This document shows, one piece after another, positions 54,437-64,000 of a stretch of DNA of 64,000 nt (its first letter is position 1; every line of letters begins with the position of its first letter). The notes beneath the pieces were generated by a model. It saw only the letters and a list, made by a program, of their open reading frames with translations, made no database searches and had not been told where the DNA came from. Made by a program: the position numbers and the translations under genes. The DNA is from Candidatus Saccharimonadales bacterium (GTDB taxonomy: Bacteria > Acidobacteriota > Terriglobia > Terriglobales > Acidobacteriaceae): positions 11,315 to 75,314 of the forward strand of contig DATMNZ010000057.1 in the NCBI GenBank assembly GCA_035568495.1, given 5' to 3'.

Positions 54437-54454
54437 AGGCGAGGAGCGAACCCA

Positions 54455-54880
<426 letters not shown>

Positions 54881-54912
54881 CCGGAAGTTTTCCGGACACG
54901 AGGGACATACTT

Positions 54913-55356
54913 ATGGCAATGGCAACTGGGGGCTCGGGGGGCGGGCAGACCTCCGATATCAACGTGACCCCCCTGATCGATGTGCTGCTGGTGCTGCTGA
55001 TCATCTTCATGGTCATCACTCCGCTCACGCCTAAGGGCCTGGAAGCGCTGGTTCCACAGCCGCCGCCGCCCAACGCTCCGAAGACCGACGACAACCGCAC
55101 GGTGGTGGTCCAGGTGCTTCAGGGCGCCGAAGGCAGCAGGCCAAAGCTCAAGATCAACCAGGAAGACGCGACCTGGGAAAATCTGGGGACCCGGCTTACG
55201 GACATCTTCAAGACCCGCGCCGAGCGCGTGATGTTCGTGAAGGGCGATCCGGATGTGCAGTTCCAGGATGTTGCCCAGGTGATTGACATTGCCCACGGTA
55301 CCCTGCTCATCGATAAGATCGGGCTGGTAACGGCAAAGATAGAAGCGGGCGAATAA
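54913..55356 (+). CDS. exbD: Biopolymer transporter ExbD/TolR (second copy)
   Basis: INVTPLIDVLLVLLIIFMV TM segment. Length 147 aa. Confidence 0.88.
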   Translation: MAMATGGSGGGQTSDINVTPLIDVLLVLLIIFMVITPLTPKGLEALVPQPPPPNAPKTDDNRTVVVQVLQGAEGSRPKLKINQEDATWENLGTRLTDIFKTRAERVMFVKGDPDVQFQDVAQVIDIAHGTLLIDKIGLVTAKIEAGE

Positions 55357-55467
55357 AAAATAACGACTGACTCCTCAGGCGGGGCGGCGCAAGAGCGCTT
55401 GCCCCGTGTACTATCGGTGGGCCCATTGAAGAAAAAACTCATAACTCCGGCAAGGGAGCAAGGAATC

Positions 55468-56313
55468 ATGAACAGGAGCGCAAGACTTCTGGCGGTCTTG
55501 GCCGTCGCAGCCGCGCTGTTGAGCGCCACGGGCTGTAAAATGCTGAAGGCCCGTGACCAGCTTAACAGGGGCGTACAAGCGTATAAGGGCGGATTCCCTG
55601 AAAAGGCGATCGAGCATTTCAAGAACGCGGTCAACCTCGACGACAAGCTGCAGGTGGCGAAACTCTATCTGGCGACCGCTTACACATCGCAATATGTTCC
55701 CGGCGCAGAAACGCCTGAGAACCTGAGCATGGCCCAGCAGGCGGTCGAACAGTATAAGGCCGTGCTGAAGGATGAACCGCAGAACAGCACCAGCCTGAAG
55801 GGGCTGGCTTTTCTCTACATGCAGATGAAAAGGTTCGATGAGGCCCGGGAGTTCTACAAGAAATCCATCAGCGCCGATCCCAACGATCCCGCAACCTACT
55901 ATTCCGTGGGTGTGCTCGATTGGACGGCAGTTTATAAAGACACTGCCGACCGCAAATCCAAAGAAGGCCTTAAAGTCGACGAAGAAATGAAAGGCAAGCG
56001 CGACCAGAAGCTTTGCGAAGATATCAAGGGCGCCAATGAAAAGCGGGTCGATGAGGGGCTTGAAATGCTGCAGCAGGCCATGGAGAAGCGCCAGGATTAC
56101 GATGACGCCATGATCTATGTGAATCTTCTCTACCTGCGCAAAGCCGACATGGCATGCAGTGATCCGGAGGCGCGGGCCCAGGACAAGAAGTTAAGCGAGG
56201 ATTGGACCAACAAGGCCATGGACGCCCGCAAGCGCAAAAACGAAGCCGAAGCCAAAAAGGGCGGTGGCGGAATTATTCTCGACCAGCCCAGCGATCAATC
56301 AAAAAGCAAATAG
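55468..56313 (+). CDS. TPR-repeat lipoprotein of the TonB cluster
   Basis: Lipobox LLSATGC after MNRSARLLAVLAVAAA. TPR-like repeats are present (AIEHFKNAVNLDD, AREFYKKSISADPND). Confidence 0.8.
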   Translation: MNRSARLLAVLAVAAALLSATGCKMLKARDQLNRGVQAYKGGFPEKAIEHFKNAVNLDDKLQVAKLYLATAYTSQYVPGAETPENLSMAQQAVEQYKAVLKDEPQNSTSLKGLAFLYMQMKRFDEAREFYKKSISADPNDPATYYSVGVLDWTAVYKDTADRKSKEGLKVDEEMKGKRDQKLCEDIKGANEKRVDEGLEMLQQAMEKRQDYDDAMIYVNLLYLRKADMACSDPEARAQDKKLSEDWTNKAMDARKRKNEAEAKKGGGGIILDQPSDQSKSK

Positions 56314-56334
56314 CGCCGGTTGAAGATTTCCGGC

Positions 56335-56366
56335 AAAGCCCCTCCCATGAGAGGGGCTTTGTTCTT
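56335..56366 (+). terminator. Intrinsic terminator after the TonB-Exb-TPR cluster
   Basis: Stem aaagcccctc / gaggggcttt with a 6-nt loop, followed by gttctt. Confidence 0.65.
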
Positions 56367-56438
56367 GGCCGGCGGCTGAATCAAGTAGAATCAGTTGCGC
56401 GCTTTAGCCGCAGCGCCTGATGGCAAACAGCCTTCATC

Positions 56439-57956
56439 ATGTTCAAAAAAATACTTATCGCCAATCGGGGTGAAATTGCCGTGCGGGTCATACGCGCCTG
56501 CCGGGAAATGGACATTGCCACGGTGGCCGTCTTTTCCGAGGCCGACCGGGGTGCGCTCCATGTGAGCAAAGCCGGCGAGGCCTATTGCCTGGGCCCGGCG
56601 CCGGCCAGGGAATCGTACCTGAATATCGAGAAAATCATTGCCACCGCGAAACGGAGCGGGGCTGAGGCCATCCATCCCGGATACGGATTTCTATCGGAAA
56701 ACGCCGCGTTTGCCCGGGCCTGCGGCGAGGCCGGAATCAAATTTATCGGGCCGTCACCCTCAGCCATGGAAGTCATGGGATCAAAAACACGGGCCCGGCA
56801 GGCCGTGGAGAAAGCCGGCGTACCCTTCGTGCCCGGCTCCTCCCGAGGGCTTTCGCTGGCGGAAGCAGAGGCCGAAGCCGTGCGCATTGGCTTCCCGGTG
56901 ATGATCAAGGCGGCGGCCGGCGGCGGCGGCAAGGGCATGCGCATGGTGCGCTCCGCGAGCGAGCTGAAAGCGGCGTTTGAAACCGCCCGCAGCGAGGCCC
57001 AGCGGTCGTTTAATGACGGCGAAATCTATCTCGAAAAGCTGATCGAGAACCCACGGCACATTGAAATCCAGGTGCTGGGAGATGAGCACGGCAACTTGGT
57101 CTATCTGGGTGAACGCGAATGCTCAGTCCAGCGGCGGCACCAAAAAGTGATGGAAGAGGCGCCCTCGGCCATTGTTGATGAAGATATGCGGCGGCGGATG
57201 GGAGAAGTTGCGGTACAGGCGGCCAAGTCCGCTGGATACACCAACGCCGGCACCGTTGAGTTTTTGGTTGATAACGACCGCAAGTTTTATTTTTTGGAGA
57301 TGAATACGCGGCTGCAGGTGGAGCATCCGGTGACGGAGATGGTCACGGGACTCGATTTGGTGCATTTGCAGTTGCGCATCGCCGCTGGCGAGAAGCTTCC
57401 CTTCCGCCAGGAAGATGTCCGGATTCGCGGGCACGCATTGGAGTGCCGCGTGTACGCCGAAGATCCGGACAATAATTTCTTCCCGTCCCCCGGCAGAATT
57501 ACCCGGTTGGCGCAGCCTTCCGGTCCGGGAATTCGCGAAGACTGCGGTGTGTATGAAGGTTGGGTAGTGCCCCTGGACTATGATCCTATGTTGTCGAAGC
57601 TGATCGTTTATGCGCCCGACCGGGCCTCCGCCATAGCGCGTATGCAGCGTGCGCTGGATGAATACTTTGTGGGCGGCATCAAGACCAACCTCGCACTCAT
57701 ACGGCGGATTCTCAGCGATCCGGATTTCGTAGCGGCACGCATCGATACGGGCTTTCTGGACCGTCTATTGACTGGCCGCAATGGGGCCGGCCAGCCTTCC
57801 GGGGAACTGGACGAAGTTGCAGCCATTTCCGCTGCGTTCTTCGCGATGGCCGCGGTCCACAACGGGCGGGATGGTGACGCACCAGCCGCCAGCCGCCAGA
57901 ACGCCAGCCCGGCCTGGAAGCGGGCGGCGCGCAGCGAGGCGCTGCGTAACCCATGA
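56439..57956 (+). CDS. accC: Biotin carboxylase subunit of an acetyl/acyl-CoA carboxylase
   Basis: MFKKILIANRGEIAVRVIRAC, the ATP-grasp loop GGGGKGMR, and EMNTRLQVEHPVTE. Confidence 0.93.
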   Translation: MFKKILIANRGEIAVRVIRACREMDIATVAVFSEADRGALHVSKAGEAYCLGPAPARESYLNIEKIIATAKRSGAEAIHPGYGFLSENAAFARACGEAGIKFIGPSPSAMEVMGSKTRARQAVEKAGVPFVPGSSRGLSLAEAEAEAVRIGFPVMIKAAAGGGGKGMRMVRSASELKAAFETARSEAQRSFNDGEIYLEKLIENPRHIEIQVLGDEHGNLVYLGERECSVQRRHQKVMEEAPSAIVDEDMRRRMGEVAVQAAKSAGYTNAGTVEFLVDNDRKFYFLEMNTRLQVEHPVTEMVTGLDLVHLQLRIAAGEKLPFRQEDVRIRGHALECRVYAEDPDNNFFPSPGRITRLAQPSGPGIREDCGVYEGWVVPLDYDPMLSKLIVYAPDRASAIARMQRALDEYFVGGIKTNLALIRRILSDPDFVAARIDTGFLDRLLTGRNGAGQPSGELDEVAAISAAFFAMAAVHNGRDGDAPAASRQNASPAWKRAARSEALRNP

Positions 57957-58450
57957 TCTACGAAGTCACCGTTGCCGAAAAGACCTATCGTGTGGAATTC
58001 ACGCGCGTGGCGGAATCGTGGCGCTGCCGGCTCGATGGCCGGGAGATGGAGGTGGATTTTGCCTCGACACAGGCTGGCGTCCTTTCGATTTTGATCGCGG
58101 GCAAATCATACGAGGTCCGACAGCAGACCAGCGGCGGCGAAACCAGCGTCGTGATAGGGCATCGGAGCTTTGGCGTGGCTGTCCGTGACCCCAGAGCATT
58201 GCGCTCCCGGCAGCCCGCGAGCGCGCAGGGGGCGGGAGTAAAGAAGATTACCGCTCCCATGCCCGGCAAGGTGGTCCGGGTGCTGGTGACTGTGGGCTCA
58301 GAGGTGGAGGCCGGCCAGGGTGTGCTGGTGATCGAGGCGATGAAGATGCAGAATGAACTTAAGTCGCCCAAAAAGGGCGTTATCAAGAAGCTGACCGCCA
58401 CCGAAGGATCGGCCGTAGAAGCCGGCCAGACCCTGGCTGAGGTCGAATAA
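57953..58450 (+). CDS. Biotin/lipoyl attachment domain protein (BCCP-like)
   Basis: ATGA overlap with accC. Biotinylation motif IEAMKMQNE in the C-terminal domain. Confidence 0.85.
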   Translation: MIYEVTVAEKTYRVEFTRVAESWRCRLDGREMEVDFASTQAGVLSILIAGKSYEVRQQTSGGETSVVIGHRSFGVAVRDPRALRSRQPASAQGAGVKKITAPMPGKVVRVLVTVGSEVEAGQGVLVIEAMKMQNELKSPKKGVIKKLTATEGSAVEAGQTLAEVE

Positions 58451-58460
58451 GGCCGGAAGG

Positions 58461-59519
58461 CTACTTCTGTCCGGTGTTCTTCAGGATGTCGGCGGCATAG
58501 TAGTTGCGGACTTCTGCCTCGTTGTGGAGCACCGTATCGTAGGCAGAGCGCAGAAACTGCTCCCGCTGGGTGCGGAGCTGATTGCGGATCAACCCCTGGA
58601 CGTTGGGGTCGCTCAGATCACGCTGGCCAGCGGCCTCTTTGCCATTCAGCTTGACGATTCGATATCCGATGCCCTGGTGTGAAATGGGATTGACCACCGG
58701 CACGACTTCGCTGAACTGTCCTGGCTTCAACTTGGCGATGGCGTCGCGGGTGGCTGCGTCAGTGTTCTTAAGCTGAGACTCGGGCGTAGCTCCCAGATCG
58801 CCTCCGTTGCGGGCGGTATCCGGGTCTTCCGACGCCTTGGTGGCCAGACTGGCGAAGTCTGCGCCCCGTTCTAATTCCTCGTGGACTCGTTTGATCTTTT
58901 CCCGGGCCTGGGTATCGTTGCGGGTGCGATCAGCGGGGTTGGGCGACTGCGGGTTGGGCTGCGAGTTCACAAAAATGTTGGCCAGGTAATATTGTGGTTC
59001 AATGACATTAAACTGGGACTTGTGCTCATTGTAAAAGGCCTGAATGTCGGCTTCTGAAATAACCACGCGCGACGCGATTTCCTTGTTCAGCAGCTTTTCA
59101 ATGGTCAGATTGCGCCGTATCTCCTGTTTGTAGTCTTCTTCGGTGAACGCCGTCTCTTGCAGCTTCCGCGCGAACTCCTCTTTGGTGTAAGGCGCTTTGA
59201 GCTGGTTCAACTTGGCTTCGATTTCGTCATCGGTGGCTACGATGCCCAGCTTTTCGGCCTGCTGCAGATAAAGCCGCAGATCGATCAACTGGTGGAGAAG
59301 CTCCAGCCGCAGGGCCTGTTCCTGGTCGGCGGGCGGCTTCTGGGGAGCGCCGGCAATCTGCCTTTGATACACCTTGTCGACTTCCGACCGCAGGATCTTA
59401 TAGCCATTCACCTTGGCCAATACGTCGTTCGCCGGCTTTGCCGGGCACCCCGTAAGCAAAAGGGCCAAGCCCAAACCCAGCAGAATCGGACCACGCGGAA
59501 CTTTATGCGCCTGAATCAA
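58461..59519 (-). CDS. SurA/PrsA-like peptidyl-prolyl isomerase (PpiC-type) lipoprotein
   Basis: Lipobox LLLTGC, a SurA-N-like helical region and a parvulin-like segment (FASLATKASEDPDTARNGGDLG...GYRIVKL). Confidence 0.8.
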   Translation of the reverse strand: MIQAHKVPRGPILLGLGLALLLTGCPAKPANDVLAKVNGYKILRSEVDKVYQRQIAGAPQKPPADQEQALRLELLHQLIDLRLYLQQAEKLGIVATDDEIEAKLNQLKAPYTKEEFARKLQETAFTEEDYKQEIRRNLTIEKLLNKEIASRVVISEADIQAFYNEHKSQFNVIEPQYYLANIFVNSQPNPQSPNPADRTRNDTQAREKIKRVHEELERGADFASLATKASEDPDTARNGGDLGATPESQLKNTDAATRDAIAKLKPGQFSEVVPVVNPISHQGIGYRIVKLNGKEAAGQRDLSDPNVQGLIRNQLRTQREQFLRSAYDTVLHNEAEVRNYYAADILKNTGQK

Positions 59520-59583
59520 ACAGTTTGCCTCCCTAAGCCCAAGTTGAGATGGGAACTACGATATCTAAATCGCGCGCAATTAG

Positions 59584-60528
59584 CTACTCTCTTGCGCCTT
59601 CCACGGAGGGCGCGGGCTTATCGGCCGGAGGGGGTTTCTCGCCAGCGGCCACCAGCGCCCGGTCAAGGATCGCCCGCATCGCGTCCGGAGGAATGGCGCC
59701 CGAGACCTTTTCTCCGTTGATGAACATGGTCGGAGTGGAATCCACACCGAGTTTGTCAGCTTCCGCCATCGAGGCCCGCACGGACGCTTCGTCATTGGCG
59801 GTGACGCAGGCATTTATCTTCTGGCTATCGAGATGGCGCCTCCCGGCTACATCCGTAGCGATGCGATTCAGATTGGCGGTGGCCTCCGCAGGATTCTGCC
59901 CCGAAACCTGACGCTGCTTCTCATGCACGTAGTCCGCGAATTCCCAATAGGCGCCATTGTCTTGCGCCGCGAGACAGTTGGCGGCGACCGCGGCGTGTAG
60001 GGCCCAGGGATGGATTTCCACCAGCGGATAGTCCTTGTAAATGATCTTCACCAGGCTGCCGTACTTCAGCAGCAAGTCCGGGAAAAGAGTGGCGTGCATG
60101 CGGGAGCAGAATGGGCACTGGAAGTCGTCGAAATTGACGATCGTCACTTTAGCGGCCGCGTTGCCCCGCAAGGGCCTTCCCTGAACGTCGATCTTCGACA
60201 TGAGGTCCTGCGACACGTCAAACTTCTCGAGGTGGGCCAGTGTCTTGCGGTCCGCGGAAATCAAGAAATCATGTTTGGTGACACGCCCACCGCCGGTGAA
60301 GGCGACCGTGATGTGATCGTATCCCGGCACCTCGCTCGCATCCGGCCCGGCGACCGAAATCTCGATTTGCGAAGGCACACTGTAACGCGAACGCACTTCC
60401 GTCTGGATTCGCCGCGCTATTTCCGGAGACAAAGGAATGGCAGCAGCGGCATGGTGGTCCTGGCTAAAGCATGAAGCTGTGGAAACAATTAGAAAAGCAT
60501 TCAAAAAAGCCGCAATTTTCTTCACCAA
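59584..60528 (-). CDS. DsbA-family thioredoxin-fold protein (secreted)
   Basis: Signal peptide and the active site FDDFQCPFC. C-terminal DSTPTMFINGEK. Confidence 0.85.
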   Translation of the reverse strand: MVKKIAAFLNAFLIVSTASCFSQDHHAAAAIPLSPEIARRIQTEVRSRYSVPSQIEISVAGPDASEVPGYDHITVAFTGGGRVTKHDFLISADRKTLAHLEKFDVSQDLMSKIDVQGRPLRGNAAAKVTIVNFDDFQCPFCSRMHATLFPDLLLKYGSLVKIIYKDYPLVEIHPWALHAAVAANCLAAQDNGAYWEFADYVHEKQRQVSGQNPAEATANLNRIATDVAGRRHLDSQKINACVTANDEASVRASMAEADKLGVDSTPTMFINGEKVSGAIPPDAMRAILDRALVAAGEKPPPADKPAPSVEGARE

Positions 60529-60603
60529 TCAACACCTCTTGCGCCACTGGGAATAACCCTGATTATCTCACGAAGCGCGGCCTCCGGGGGCAGGAAGGGA
60601 GTG

Positions 60604-61437
60604 TCAGGAAGGGAGCTTCACGAGCCCGGGGGAAGTCAGTTTGGCATTCATGGAGCCGGAGCGGAACCCTTCAGTATCCAGGGTGACGTATGTAAAGCCC
60701 AGGCCTTTGAAGATCCGGGTCAACTCGGCAAACATGGCCAGGCTCAAAGCGGCCGCCAGTTCGCCGTGTGCGATCTCGATGCGTGCGATTTCTCCATGAT
60801 GGCGCACACGCACCTGGCGGAATCCCAGGGCATGCAAGGCATCCTCGCCCCGCTCGACGGCCTGCAGGGCTTCAGGGGTGACCGGACGGCCGTACTCAAT
60901 GCGCGACGAGAGGCAGGCGGAGGCGGGCTTGTCCCAGACGCGCAGGCCAGCGCGCCGCGCCAGTTCCCGGATATCCGCTTTGGAAAGACCGGCCTGCAGC
61001 AACGGGGCCGCCACGCCGTGATTGCCGGCGGCTTTCTGCCCTGGGCGGAAATCGCCTTGGTCATCAAGATTCACGCCATAGGCGATGGACTGGAACCCGC
61101 CCGCAATCGCAAATTCAGCCATCACGTTGAACAGCTCATCCTTGCAGTGGAAGCAACGGGAAGCATCATTCCGGGCGTATTCGGGTTTGGCCATTTCCTG
61201 CGTCTGGACGACCCGCAGAGGGATCTGCTGCTCCTCGGCAAAGGCGATGGCATCCTGCAATTGGGTGCGGGCCAGGCTGGCGGAATCGGCGATCACCGCA
61301 AGCATGTCCCCACCCAGCGCCTGGTGCGCGGCCCAGGCCAGATATGCGGAATCGACTCCCCCGGAATAGGCCACCAGGGTGCGGCCCAGGCCGGTGAGCT
61401 GCTCGTGGAGGTGGCGCTGTTTGCGGGCTAGTTCCAT
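60604..61437 (-). CDS. larE: PP-loop ATP pyrophosphatase of the LarE / TIGR00268 family
   Basis: PP-loop VAYSGGVDSAYLA. Conserved Cys triad CFHCK ... ACLSSR. Length 277 aa. Confidence 0.8.
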   Translation of the reverse strand: MELARKQRHLHEQLTGLGRTLVAYSGGVDSAYLAWAAHQALGGDMLAVIADSASLARTQLQDAIAFAEEQQIPLRVVQTQEMAKPEYARNDASRCFHCKDELFNVMAEFAIAGGFQSIAYGVNLDDQGDFRPGQKAAGNHGVAAPLLQAGLSKADIRELARRAGLRVWDKPASACLSSRIEYGRPVTPEALQAVERGEDALHALGFRQVRVRHHGEIARIEIAHGELAAALSLAMFAELTRIFKGLGFTYVTLDTEGFRSGSMNAKLTSPGLVKLPS

Positions 61438-61440
61438 GAA

Positions 61441-61565
61441 TTGATTTTACTCAGATTTGGTAAGTGAGTAATTTGGTAAGTGAGTAATTTGGTAAGTGGG
61501 TAATTAGCAGGTACTCAACGCCCATTATTAAATTACCAAATTACAAAATTACCCACTTACCAAAT
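61441..61565. repeat. 16-nt tandem repeat (ATTTGGTAAGTGAGTA x3) plus inverted partner, filling the entire larE-lptD intergenic region
   Basis: atttggtaagtgagtaatttggtaagtgagtaatttggtaagtgggtaatt ... aaattaccaaattacaaaattacccacttaccaaat. The two halves are reverse-complementary. Confidence 0.85.
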
Positions 61566-64000
61566 TCAGAACAGTCTTTCCTGCCGTTTAAGGTTGCCGA
61601 AGGTCCCGATGTTGGTGAGCGTGAAGGCAAAGCGGAAAGAGTTCTCATTGCGCACCGAGCCCAGGGCGAAGCGGCGATATTCAAAGCTCAGGCCGCAGCA
61701 ATCCCAGTTGTATGAAGTTTGGGCGGAAGAGTATTGCAGAAAGCTGAAGGTGGAATCCACTCCGGCGCTTACGGCAGCGCTCAATCCCCTCTTGGCAGGG
61801 CCGCCATAGCCCACCAGGGCGCGCAATTGGTTGAACTGGTTGGGCCCAGGCAAGGGGTTGGCGACAAAAAGTTCTCCAGGCACCACCAGGAACGCGTGAC
61901 TGCCCTGCACAAAGAGATTGCCAAAATGCATTGTTGCGAATGTGGTGCTGGCGTTGATGCGACCCTTCTTGGGGTCGTAGTCCAGCTCCCACTGCAAGTC
62001 ACTGTTGGCGCCGGTGCGGGCCCGCAGGCGCGACACAATCGGAGAGAAGACGCGCGGCTCAGTGAGAAACGCGATACCGGCAAAATCGGCGGTGGTGGTG
62101 AGCACGTTGCGGCGGCCGTTGACCAGGGCGTTGCCGAAACCCGGAGCAAAAAAGTACTTCTGTTTTACTTCCCAGGAAATGACCTCGTTGGCCGTAGGGG
62201 TGCATCTGGCAGTGTCCGCCGGAGGGGCTGTCGCCGCCGGATTGCCCTCCTGGGTGCTGTCCGCTGGCGTTTCCGGGGCCGATTCAGCGCATGACTGGTC
62301 AGCTTTCTTGAGGTAGAGCCTCTGCGTCAGCCCGTACTGCACCTCGTTGGTGTCGCTGAGCAGGTCGCGGAAATCAAAGCGAATGATCGAAGGAAAATTC
62401 TCAACTCCGTTGGTGTACTTGTAAGTGGCTTTGACCTCCACCGTGTGCTTGACTTTCCTGCCGGCCAGAGAGCGGTCGAACACCTTGCCCAGGGTGGGCG
62501 GGCGCATTTCCAATGATGTCGTGAAAGCGCGGCGATTGACGGCGTCCTGGATGGCGACTCCAATGGCGGTGCTGGGTACGCGGGTTTCCGTGTAGAACGT
62601 ATCCTGCAGAGAGACTTCAGGGCGGAAGGTCCATCCGCGATAAAACAGCGGCACCGAAACGCTTGGCCGGATGTCGAACCGGCCGACCAGATTGGGCGTA
62701 TCGAAACCCGGTTCAGAGCGCCGCAGGCCTTCCAGCGCCCCATCGAACGACCAGTAGACCGGCGTTATGCCCAGGCGCTGGTCCACGCTCGAAACTTCAA
62801 GGCCTGGGGCATGAAAAATCGTGACCAGGTCGCCCCGCTGGATGCTCTGGAAATTCTGGTAGCGCGAAGCGAAGGCATTGAAAGAAACGCCTTGAAATGT
62901 CTTGGAGAGAAAAACGACTGACTTTACCTCGGAATTCACTGCCTGGGAGAAGTTTTCGGTGAAAGCCTGCCGGAAAAGATAGGAGCTGAGGTAGTTCAGC
63001 GAGGCCACACCGCGAAAGCCGCTTGGAAACTCGGCTTCGCCACTCAGCTTGACGTCTTCTCCACCCTGATTGACCCGAGGGGTCCCCGTACCACGGTCGA
63101 GCACCCCGAAATAATCAAAGTTCAAATAAGAATTCTCGCGGGCCCGGAGCCGGAAATTGTCGCGCAACGACCAGCCGCGCCGGGAGAAATACTCCGCGCC
63201 AATGGTAGCGTCGGCGCTCCGGTTGATGGCCCAGAAAAATGAATCGCCCAAAATCGTTCCCTTGCGTGATGACGTGCCGAAAGTCGGCACCAGAAAGCCG
63301 CTCTGCCGCCGCAGCTTCTCCACCGGATGCGAAGCATACGGCAAGTAGAGAACAGGGACGCCTCTAATCCGGAACAGCGTGTTGTAGACGCGGGCTGAAC
63401 CGCTAAGATCGACGACGATCTTGCCGGCGCTAAAGGTCCACTTGGGGTGCGGTAACTCGCAGGAAGTCACCGTGCCATCGTGAATCACATAGACATCGTC
63501 TCCAGTCTTCTCCACGATCTTGCCGGCAAAGACCAGCGGACTCGACGACGTAAGAATCGCATTGCGGCCTTTGAAGTGGGCGCCGGTGGTCCCGGCAACG
63601 TCATAGAACTTGCCGGTCTGGTCTTGCAGGTTGAACGATCCTTTGCTGGCGGTCAGATGCAGGTCGCGGGGGCCGCCATCGAGCGCCAAATGGCCTTCGG
63701 CAGCGATGTCACCCGAATCCGAATCGTAGGTGATGGAATCGGCATGCAGATCATAGTCCTGGAATTTAATTTCCACTTCGCCGCGCAGGGTATAGACGCT
63801 GTGGTTCTTTTCCTGCTGCCGGGCGGAAATGGTCACAGGTTGGCCTTCGACCCCGGAAATGCGGGGCTTGCGGGCGGCCTGCGGAGCGTCCGCCGGGGAC
63901 TGCTGGCTGGGCGTTGCGTCAGGGTGTGCCTGGCTCATAACTAGCGAAGCACCGGGAAACAGGTGACAAATCAAGGCGGCCGTGATAACTAAAAGGAATC
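61566..64000 (-). CDS. lptD: LPS-assembly outer membrane protein LptD (5' end outside window)
   Basis: OstA-like N-domain and a large beta-barrel ending ...KRQERLF. The frame stays open upstream of the track start to the window edge and encodes a signal-peptide-like FLLVITAALICHLF. The true start therefore lies beyond 64000. Confidence 0.85.
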   Translation of the reverse strand, partial: FLLVITAALICHLFPGASLVMSQAHPDATPSQQSPADAPQAARKPRISGVEGQPVTISARQQEKNHSVYTLRGEVEIKFQDYDLHADSITYDSDSGDIAAEGHLALDGGPRDLHLTASKGSFNLQDQTGKFYDVAGTTGAHFKGRNAILTSSSPLVFAGKIVEKTGDDVYVIHDGTVTSCELPHPKWTFSAGKIVVDLSGSARVYNTLFRIRGVPVLYLPYASHPVEKLRRQSGFLVPTFGTSSRKGTILGDSFFWAINRSADATIGAEYFSRRGWSLRDNFRLRARENSYLNFDYFGVLDRGTGTPRVNQGGEDVKLSGEAEFPSGFRGVASLNYLSSYLFRQAFTENFSQAVNSEVKSVVFLSKTFQGVSFNAFASRYQNFQSIQRGDLVTIFHAPGLEVSSVDQRLGITPVYWSFDGALEGLRRSEPGFDTPNLVGRFDIRPSVSVPLFYRGWTFRPEVSLQDTFYTETRVPSTAIGVAIQDAVNRRAFTTSLEMRPPTLGKVFDRSLAGRKVKHTVEVKATYKYTNGVENFPSIIRFDFRDLLSDTNEVQYGLTQRLYLKKADQSCAESAPETPADSTQEGNPAATAPPADTARCTPTANEVISWEVKQKYFFAPGFGNALVNGRRNVLTTTADFAGIAFLTEPRVFSPIVSRLRARTGANSDLQWELDYDPKKGRINASTTFATMHFGNLFVQGSHAFLVVPGELFVANPLPGPNQFNQLRALVGYGGPAKRGLSAAVSAGVDSTFSFLQYSSAQTSYNWDCCGLSFEYRRFALGSVRNENSFRFAFTLTNIGTFGNLKRQERLF

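Noticed and set aside
56439-58450. accC followed by a BCCP-like gene as something unusual.
   Set aside because: Biotin carboxylase plus a small biotinyl carrier with ATGA coupling is an ordinary acyl-CoA carboxylase arrangement. Nothing anomalous is seen.

Overview
High-GC chromosomal segment. Probably Acidobacteriota, inferred from CarboxypepD-type TonB receptors, an ADOP-like permease remnant and abundant short intergenic repeat families. Most of it is housekeeping: mnmE (5' partial), ruvA, thrS, tgt-yajC-secDF, a tonB-exbB-exbD-exbD cluster, accC/BCCP, a MacAB-like efflux operon, larE and lptD (5' partial). There is also a form-I aerobic CO-dehydrogenase cluster (coxMSL plus two coxG) with a displaced CoxD/CoxE/XdhC-like maturation module. 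Two visibly AT-richer islands interrupt this backbone. Island I (about 10.2-13.4 kb) is a translationally coupled four-gene operon: heme-oxygenase-like diiron enzyme, Nmad2-like protein, XRE-HTH/ImmA protease fusion and PIN nuclease. Island II (about 22.8-27.5 kb) is the most interesting locus. It carries an overlapping operon for a 79-aa ubiquitin-like protein ending GG-WW, a cysteine-less E2-like protein and a JAB(JAMM)-E1(ThiF) fusion. This operon is divergently paired with a sigma-like / helical / ImmA-protease operon. That is a bacterial ubiquitin-like conjugation cassette of a type that, to my knowledge, has been predicted computationally but not characterised experimentally. Other notable items are a secreted NodB-caspase-EF-hand-TPR fusion, several MITE-like inverted-repeat families, heptamer tandem repeats (one in frame inside thrS) and an XdhC-YHS fusion. 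All family assignments rest on motifs I recognise by eye. No searches, alignments or statistics were run, and refined start codons come from ORF-track arithmetic plus visible SD sequences or signal peptides.
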